From assembly GCA_963704165.1 (NCBI GenBank), contig CAVPHD010000008.1, positions 10,279 through 74,278 of the forward strand: a stretch of DNA of 64,000 nt, written 5' to 3'. The notes under the pieces were generated by a model that worked only from the letters and a program-made list of their open reading frames with translations, had not been told where the DNA came from and made no database searches. This stretch comes from an uncultured delta proteobacterium. Its GTDB lineage: Bacteria; Myxococcota_A; UBA9160; SZUA-336. Position numbers and translations under genes: made by a program. Positions within the stretch are counted from its first letter, which is position 1; each line of letters opens with the position of its first letter. This document shows, piece by piece, positions 58,089 through 64,000 of the stretch.

Positions 58089-58390
58089 TCCTGGTCGTCC
58101 GCGAAGTAGGCCAGTGCATTTTTCAGGATGTCCCGCTCTTGGGTCATCCGTTCGAGCCTCTTGCGCAGATCGGCGTTTTCCTGGGCGTCAGGTGAGCGAA
58201 CGCCCCGATCCGGGAACACCTCCGCGGGCCGCTTCTTCTCGAGCGGGTCCTTCCAGCGTTGAAGCAAGCTGCGGGCAATGTCGAGGCTCTGCGCGACGTC
58301 GGTCGCTGCGCGGCCCTGCTTCAGGAGAGCGACGGCGTCCTTCTTGAACTGCGGAGTGAACGTTCTTCGAATCCGTGATTCTCGAGGTAT
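58085..58390 (-). CDS. IS3 OrfA (HTH); start codon appears as ATA
   Basis: RRTFTPQFKKDAV...LQRW...ERDILKNALAYF open frame after GAGG RBS; ATGA overlap with orfB. Confidence 0.8.
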   Translation of the reverse strand: MPRESRIRRTFTPQFKKDAVALLKQGRAATDVAQSLDIARSLLQRWKDPLEKKRPAEVFPDRGVRSPDAQENADLRKRLERMTQERDILKNALAYFADDQE

Positions 58391-58453
58391 GAGGCACCTC
58401 TCTGCGGATCATGGTAGACCCTGTCGAGGTGTCCACTTCCTTGGGGAAGTGCC

Positions 58454-58565
58454 GACGAGCGCCCGCTTCGGTCTGTCCACCACCGGAAGCGTCTGTCATC
58501 ATTCGGTGTAGGTGCAATCAACAACGCGGCGCGGGCTCTCGCAGCTGAAGCCCAAGCCGTTGGCC
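58454..58565 (+). repeat. Right part of a second attC of the cassette-2 type
   Basis: 58457-58565 matches 56621-56729 at 101/109 by manual comparison; ends GTTGGCC. Confidence 0.9.
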
Positions 58566-58599
58566 AACACCCACTGCCTATCACGAAAGGAGATCCCCC

Positions 58600-60062
58600 A
58601 TGAGCAACAAGAAGAAACTCACCACCAGCGGCGGCTGCCCCGTCGTCGACAACCAGAACGTCATGACCGCCGGTCCGCGTGGCCCGCAGCTGCTACAGGA
58701 TGTCTGGTTCCTCGAAAAGCTCGCTCACTTCGACCGCGAGGTGATCCCCGAGCGGCGCATGCACGCCAAGGGTTCGGGCGCGTACGGCACTTTCACCGTC
58801 ACCCACGACATTGCGAAATACACCCGCGCCAAATTCCTCTCGGCAATCGGCAAGAAGACCGAAGTCTTCGCCCGCTTCTCCACCGTGGCCGGCGAGCGCG
58901 GCGCGGCCGATGCCGAGCGCGACATTCGTGGCTTCTCCGTCAAGTTCTACACCGAGGAAGGCAACTGGGACATGACCGGCAACAATACGCCGGTGTTCTT
59001 CCTGCGCGATCCTCTGAAGTTTCCCGACCTCAACCATGCGGTCAAGCGCGATCCGCGCACCAACCTGCGCAGTGCCGAAAACAACTGGGACTTCTGGACA
59101 CTGCTACCCGAAGCGCTGCACCAGGTCACCATCGTCATGTCGGACCGCGGCCTGCCCGCCAGTTACCGCCACATGCACGGCTTCGGTTCACACACCTTCA
59201 GCTTCATCAACGCGCGAGAACGAGCGCTACTGGGTCAAGTTCCACTTCAAGTCGCTGCAGGGCATCAAGAACATGACGGACGCCGAAGCCGAGGCCGCCG
59301 TCGGCGTTTGCCGGGAAACGCACCAGCGCGACCTGTATGAAGCCATCGAGCGCGGCGAGTTTCCCGAAGTGGCAATTTGCCGTGCAGGTGATGCCGGAGA
59401 AGGATGCCGAGAAAGTGCCCTACCATCCCTTCGACCTGACCAAGGTCTGGCCGCACAAGGACTACCCGCTGATCGAAGTCGGTATCCTCGAACTCAACCG
59501 CAATCCGGAGAATTACTTCGCCGAGGTCGAGCAGGCCGCCTTCAATCCTGCGGCCGTGGTGCCTGGCATTTCCTTCTCGCCGGACAAGATGCTGCAGGGC
59601 CGCCTGTTCTCGTATGGCGACGCGCAGCGTTACCGGCTCGGCGTGAATCACCAGCAGATTCCGGTGAATGCGCCGAAATGCCCGGTCCACAACTACCACC
59701 GCGACGGCGCCATGCGCGTCGATGGCAATCACGGCAGCACGATTGGCTACGAGCCGAACAGCAAAGGCGAGTGGCAGGAGCAGCCGGACTTCCGCGAGCC
59801 ACCGCTGGCGAATCGACGGTGCCGCCGACCACTGGAACTTCCGCGAAGATGATGACGATTACTACAGCCAGCCGCGCGCCTGTTCCAGCTGATGAGCCCG
59901 GCGCAGCAGCAGGTGCTGTTCGAGAACACCGCCCGCTCGGTCGGCGGCGCCTCCAAAGAAGTGCAGTTGCGCCACGTTCGCAATTGCCTGAAGTGCGACC
60001 CGGCCTACGGCACCGGTGTGGCCAAGGCGCTGGGCGTTCCGTTGAGTGAAGTGCCAAAGTAA
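58600..60062 (+). CDS. katA: Monofunctional heme catalase (cassette 4; several frameshifts)
   Basis: [53 protein letters not shown]; frame changes near 59215, 59365, 59810 and 59880. Confidence 0.9.
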
Positions 60063-60070
60063 CCGGCGTC

Positions 60071-60139
60071 GGCTGACCCAGCGCTCAACCGGACGCTGCG
60101 CGAAAAAGCTGTGCAGCGCCGGTCAGCTCTACGTTGGGC
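60071..60139 (+). repeat. attC site (69 bp), cassette 4
   Basis: Degenerate R'' GGCTGAC; arm ACCGGACGCTGCGC pairs with GTGCAGCGCCGGT; R' GTTGGGC. Confidence 0.8.
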
Positions 60140-60166
60140 GGCGTCAGCAGCTCGGAGAAGTGACCG

Positions 60167-60706
60167 ATGAGCGACCAGACGTTGACCTGCACCTGCAGGA
60201 AGGTTGCCCTTGGGCTTGAAGGCGGCCCGATCGTGAGCGTTGAGTGCCTCTGCGCTGACTGCCAGAACGCGGCGACGCAATTGCAGTCGTGGCCTGATGC
60301 TCCTCTCGTATTGGATCAGAATGGTGCGACGCGGTTCGTCCTCTACCGCAAGGACCGCGTTCGGTGTCTCACGGGAGAGGAGTGGTTGCGAGAGCACCGG
60401 TTGACCGAGGATTCCAAGACACGGCGCGTCGTTGCGGTGTACTGCAAGACACCCATGTTTCTGGAGTTCAAGAACGGGCATTGGCTGAGCATCTACGGCG
60501 GTCGTTGGCCGGAAGAAACCCTGCCTCCACTCGAGATGCGGACGATGTGCCGCGATCGGCCCGAAGATGTCGAGCTCCCAGACGACGTGCCCAACCCCAA
60601 GACTCACACCCTGGCGTTCTACGCGAGACTCCTTCGAGCTTGGGCTGCCATGGGGTTTCGAACGCCAGAGGTGGGGTTTGTGCACGGAAAGCTCGAAGCC
60701 CAGTGA
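60167..60706 (+). CDS. GFA/Mss4-like Zn-binding protein (cassette 5)
   Basis: CTC...ECLCADCQ...TRRVVAVYCKTPMF. Confidence 0.75.
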   Translation: MSDQTLTCTCRKVALGLEGGPIVSVECLCADCQNAATQLQSWPDAPLVLDQNGATRFVLYRKDRVRCLTGEEWLREHRLTEDSKTRRVVAVYCKTPMFLEFKNGHWLSIYGGRWPEETLPPLEMRTMCRDRPEDVELPDDVPNPKTHTLAFYARLLRAWAAMGFRTPEVGFVHGKLEAQ

Positions 60707-60759
60707 CTTGCTGGTCGGAGGCAGACGCCGCCCAACAAGGCGTATCTGGACTCCTCGTT

Positions 60760-60984
60760 CAAGCGAATTCTGAATCGGCGATCGACCTGAGGCGGTGAGT
60801 TCGAACTGCAGTCGTATCTCCGGCCTCTTTCGTGGAGCGCTCGGCTCCGGGCCATGATGGGAAGTCGCGCGGGGTGCCAATCGCTGACAGCGGCCTTGGT
60901 GGCCAAGCTTGTTGTCGGCATCGTCCCCGCGCCGGTCAGAACCCGTGCGCCATCAGGAACGGTCGCTCTCGGTGCAGATCGAGT
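60760..60984 (-). ncRNA. Putative bridge RNA/seekRNA of the IS1111 element (boundaries approximate)
   Basis: Contains segments matching both sides of the attC target and both element ends, flanked by stems (GCGCGGGG/CCCCGCGC, TTGGCC..., CCGG/CCGG). Confidence 0.75.
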
Positions 60985-61610
60985 TCAGGGCACTCCGCAC
61001 TCATTTCGGAGTTGGAAGGGCTCTTCGTTGCGCCACACCGCCCAGACGATACGCGCGAGCTTGTTGGCGAGTGCGACGGCGGCCTCGTTGTGGCCGCGAG
61101 CCGTCTCGCGCGCGAGTGCCCAGGCGCGCAGGCCGTCGCGTGGGGCGTTGCTGCGCTTGGCGTGGGCGAGCACGGAGCGCGCGCCGTGGACGAGCAGCAT
61201 GCGCAGGCAGGGATCGCCGCGTCTGCTGATGCGGCCGAGCTCGCGCAAGAGACTCCGAACAGTGTTGAGCCGCACGGTTCTCGCCGCCATCCAGCTCGAG
61301 CGCATGCGGTGCAGCGCCGCGAGCACGTGCTGATCGACGGTCTTGATCGGGACCGTGCAGAGACCGTCGTTGCGCAGCGCTTGGAGCCGCGCCCTCGCGT
61401 CGGCGCGGTCGGTCTTGTTGCGCAGCAGGTGGCGGCGAACCGCATGGGGCGGAAGCAGGACGACCGAGCGTCCGTAGCTCTCCGCGGTTCGGCCCCAGAA
61501 GTGCGCGGTGCCGCAGGCTTCCATCACGATCGTGGCGGGCGCTTGCGCGGCGAGGAAGCTCGAGAACTGGCCGCGCGTCAGCCGACGCCGATCGTTGTAT
61601 GCTCGTGCAC
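60985..61610 (-). pseudogene. IS110-family transposase remnant
   Basis: MHEHTTIGV then stop; VMEACGTAHFWGR, KTDRADA, RISRRGD..LR.LLVHGARS, VALANKLARIVWA; first Asp motif and Ser-containing segment deleted. Confidence 0.88.
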
Positions 61611-61876
61611 GTGGGCTCCTCCTCCCCAGAGCTTCTGGGGTCGAGGCGACTCTGGCACTCGATGCCCCGCGAGTCGCGGGGGGAGTCCATCCCATCGCTG
61701 CAGCTGACCGGGCCACGGCGCGTTCCAATCGGTCTTCGCTATCGTTTGGCATTGAAAATCGGGCGCTTCCGGCCACCAGCGGCGGCGCGCCCGGCAGCTG
61801 AGCGCCCGATCCGTGGGGCGGACCGTAGCGACCCGAGGTACCGGTAAGTCGAACTGCGTACGATGCGAGGTTCCCG

Positions 61877-63094
61877 ATGAGCACCACCATCTCGACCAGC
61901 GACTCCAACGAACGTTCGGATGTGGGGTCATGGTGGCAACGTCACCGGCGACAAGTTTCGCTCGCTGTCCGAATCGTGCTGGTTCTCTCCATCGCGGTCG
62001 GAGGGATCTGGTGGTTCCTCTTTGCGCCGGTCGCGGTCACCACCCACACGGTGGCGACCGGAACAATCGCCGCTGAGGTCATGGGCACCGGCACACTGGA
62101 GGCGCGCACTTCAGCGATTGTCGGACCCAAGATCGGCGGGCTGATCGTGAGTATCTCCGTCGATCAAGGGGATCGGGTGAAGGCTGGCTCCCTCATGTTT
62201 CAGTTGGAGGACAGCGACATCAGGCAGCAGGTCCAGATGGCGAAATCCGAGGTCGCGGCAGCGATGGCGACATTGGATAGGCTTGGTGCCGCGCGGCGGC
62301 GGGCGGCGGCGGTGCTCGCTCAGGCGAAGACGAACCACAAGCGGATTGACGAGTTGCTCTCGAGCAAGGTGGTGTCGCAGCAAGATCTCGACAAGGCGTT
62401 CGAGGCCTTGTCGATCGCCGAAGCCGAGTTGTCCACCGCTGGTGCGGCAATCATCGAAGGAGAGAAGCGGATGGATGCCGCGGAACGATTCCTGGAGTAC
62501 CAGCGAGCCCGCCTCCACGACACCACGATCGAAGCGCCGTTCGATGCGCTGGTCGTGCGGCGCGAGCGAGAGGCTGGCGACGTCGTAACCGCCGGGACGT
62601 CGGTGCTGCAACTGGTGTCGACGGATCAGATGTGGATCACGTCGTGGGTGGACGAGACCGAGTTGGCGCGACTCGCCAAGGACCAGCCGGCGCGCGTGGT
62701 GTTCCGCTCCGAGCCCGGCGTTGCCTATGAGGGCGTGGTGGCACGAGTCGGGCGCGAGGCCGACCGCGAGACGCGCGAGATCGTGGTGGACGTGCGGGTG
62801 GAGAAGTTGCCCGCGAACTGGGCCGTGGGCCAGAGAGCCGAAGTCTACATCCAGGTCGACCGCAGAGACGGCGTGACAACCCTCCCGGCGTGGCTGGTTC
62901 TGGTTCGAGATGGAAGGACGGGCGTCATGTGGGACGACGACGGCACGGCCAAGTGGCGGGAGATCACGGTAGGGCTGCGCGGGCGCGAGAACGTCCAAGT
63001 CACCGGCGGCTTGTCGCCCGGCGATGTCGTCGTGAGCCTGGCGGCGCAGAGTTCGGGGCCGCTGCGAGACGGGCGGAGGATCAGGCCGGAATGA
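61877..63094 (+). CDS. Efflux periplasmic adaptor subunit (MacA/HlyD-like)
   Basis: GTGTLEA, VDQGDRVKAG, IEAPFDA, VDET, VTGGLSPGD. Confidence 0.9.
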   Translation: MSTTISTSDSNERSDVGSWWQRHRRQVSLAVRIVLVLSIAVGGIWWFLFAPVAVTTHTVATGTIAAEVMGTGTLEARTSAIVGPKIGGLIVSISVDQGDRVKAGSLMFQLEDSDIRQQVQMAKSEVAAAMATLDRLGAARRRAAAVLAQAKTNHKRIDELLSSKVVSQQDLDKAFEALSIAEAELSTAGAAIIEGEKRMDAAERFLEYQRARLHDTTIEAPFDALVVRREREAGDVVTAGTSVLQLVSTDQMWITSWVDETELARLAKDQPARVVFRSEPGVAYEGVVARVGREADRETREIVVDVRVEKLPANWAVGQRAEVYIQVDRRDGVTTLPAWLVLVRDGRTGVMWDDDGTAKWREITVGLRGRENVQVTGGLSPGDVVVSLAAQSSGPLRDGRRIRPE

Positions 63095-64000
63095 ACCTGG
63101 CCGCCCGCGACATCCGGTACAGCCTTGGCCGCTTCGTCCTCACGACCATCGGTGTGGGGATGCTTCTGATGGTCGTGATGGGTATGGGTGGCATCTATCG
63201 CGGGCTGGTGGATGATGCGTTGGTTGTGACACGCGGCGTCGGAGCCGACCTGTGGGTCGTGCAGCACAGCACGCGCGGACCCTTCGCCGAAGTCTCCCGC
63301 CTGCCGCGCAGCGTCGTTGATCGTGTTGCCGCGGTGCCGGGTGTGACCGATGCCCGCGAGTTTGTGTTTCACACCATTCAGCGCGAGCACCGGGGCCAGC
63401 CGCTGCGAATGGGCGTGCTGGGCCTCGGCTGGCCCACCGACAAGGGCGAGGGGCTGCCCCTGGTCGCCGGTCGGGTGCTCGCCCAGAACCACTACGAGAT
63501 GATCGCCGACGAGTCGCTGGGACTGGCGCTCGGTGAAAGGCTGCGGCTGGGCAAGGAGACCTATGCGGTGGTCGGGCTGACCCGCGCCATGGTCTCTTCC
63601 GGCGGCGACGGTATCGCGTGCTTTACCAGCCGCGATGCACAGGCAATTCAGTTCGACGAGCCTGGCGAATCGGCCCGGCTGGAGCGCCAGGCCCGACGCG
63701 CTCGCGCGGACGAGATCGACTTTGGCCGTACGCAGCCGTCGGTACTGGAGCGAGCGTCGGGCTCGTCTCGCGCCATCGCCGCGCTCCCGGGTCCGTCGGT
63801 GAGTGCCGTGATCGCACGGCTCATGCCCGGCGCCGACCCGGACGCCGTGCTGCGGACGTTCGATGGTTGGAGCGATGTCACGGCGTATTCCGCGGCGCAG
63901 CAGGAGGACCTGCTCCTGAAGGGGAGCGTGGACCGCGCTCGCCGGCAGATTCTGCTCTTCCGCGTGCTCCTCACCGTCATCTCCGCGGTCATCATGGCCC
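63091..64000 (+). CDS. ABC transporter permease (MacB/FtsX-like), runs off window end
   Basis: MNLAARDIRYSLGRFVLTTIGVGMLLMVVMGMGGIYRG, ADLWVVQ; ATGA overlap with adaptor gene. Confidence 0.85.
   Translation, partial: MNLAARDIRYSLGRFVLTTIGVGMLLMVVMGMGGIYRGLVDDALVVTRGVGADLWVVQHSTRGPFAEVSRLPRSVVDRVAAVPGVTDAREFVFHTIQREHRGQPLRMGVLGLGWPTDKGEGLPLVAGRVLAQNHYEMIADESLGLALGERLRLGKETYAVVGLTRAMVSSGGDGIACFTSRDAQAIQFDEPGESARLERQARRARADEIDFGRTQPSVLERASGSSRAIAALPGPSVSAVIARLMPGADPDAVLRTFDGWSDVTAYSAAQQEDLLLKGSVDRARRQILLFRVLLTVISAVIMA

Larger units (their letters stand above)
57189..58453 (-). mobile_element. IS3-family insertion sequence (1265 bp)
   Basis: Imperfect terminal IRs TGATCTTCCCCGGGTAAAGTGGACAC / GGCACTTCCCCAAGGAAGTGGACAC; orfA and orfB. 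Confidence 0.9.
60743..61695 (-). mobile_element. IS1111-attC group (IS110 family) element, internally deleted (953 bp)
   Basis: Sub-terminal IRs TGGACTCC (60747-60754) / GGAGTCCA (61682-61689), CG on both flanks, truncated IS110 transposase, long 3' non-coding region. Confidence 0.88.
60730..61819 (+). repeat. attC of cassette 5 (135 bp reconstituted from 60730-60742 and 61698-61819), split by IS1111 element
   Basis: GCCCAAC-AAGG-CG|CTGCAGCTGACCGGGC...GCCCGGCAGCTGAGCGCC..GTGGGGC; arms pair after removing the IS; R' degenerate (GTG). Confidence 0.85.

Noticed and set aside
56621..58565. 109-bp near-identical pair as transposon-flanking direct repeats
   Set aside because: Both copies end in GTTRRRY-like cores and carry the L' box, so they are explained as attC sites.
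1..64000. tRNA, rRNA or prophage genes
   Set aside because: None recognised on either strand by manual reading.

Overview
High-GC bacterial chromosome segment. Gene content and style suggest a Myxococcota/deltaproteobacterial-type genome, which is an inference only. Bases 1-54.3 kb are mostly housekeeping and metabolic genes: ptsP-fur, lemA/TPM, bfd with a Fur box, a UGA-interrupted ArsC-like selenoprotein missed by the ORF track, secreted proteins, an MBOAT/SGNH pair, MscS, a porin, acyl-CoA dehydrogenase, GST, P450, gloB, cysE, xth, a fused indolepyruvate oxidoreductase, an RDD-SpoIIM-DUF4129-DUF4350-MoxR-DUF58 operon, addAB-like genes and imuB-dnaE2. From 54.3 kb there is an integron: intI, attI, then cassettes for BrnTA toxin-antitoxin, a small membrane protein, a cupin, a catalase and a GFA-like protein, followed by ABC-efflux genes. 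Two attC sites are interrupted by IS elements. One is an IS3 element joining halves of two different attC sites. The other is an internally deleted IS1111(IS110)-attC element whose 3' non-coding region still carries target- and donor-matching segments, as expected of a bridge/seekRNA. The first cassette ends in a second attI-like site instead of an attC. A promoter-bearing, highly structured 250-290 nt intergenic region at about 49.2-49.5 kb is a candidate unannotated ncRNA. Several genes carry indels that may be assembly errors. All product calls come from motif recognition, not database searches.
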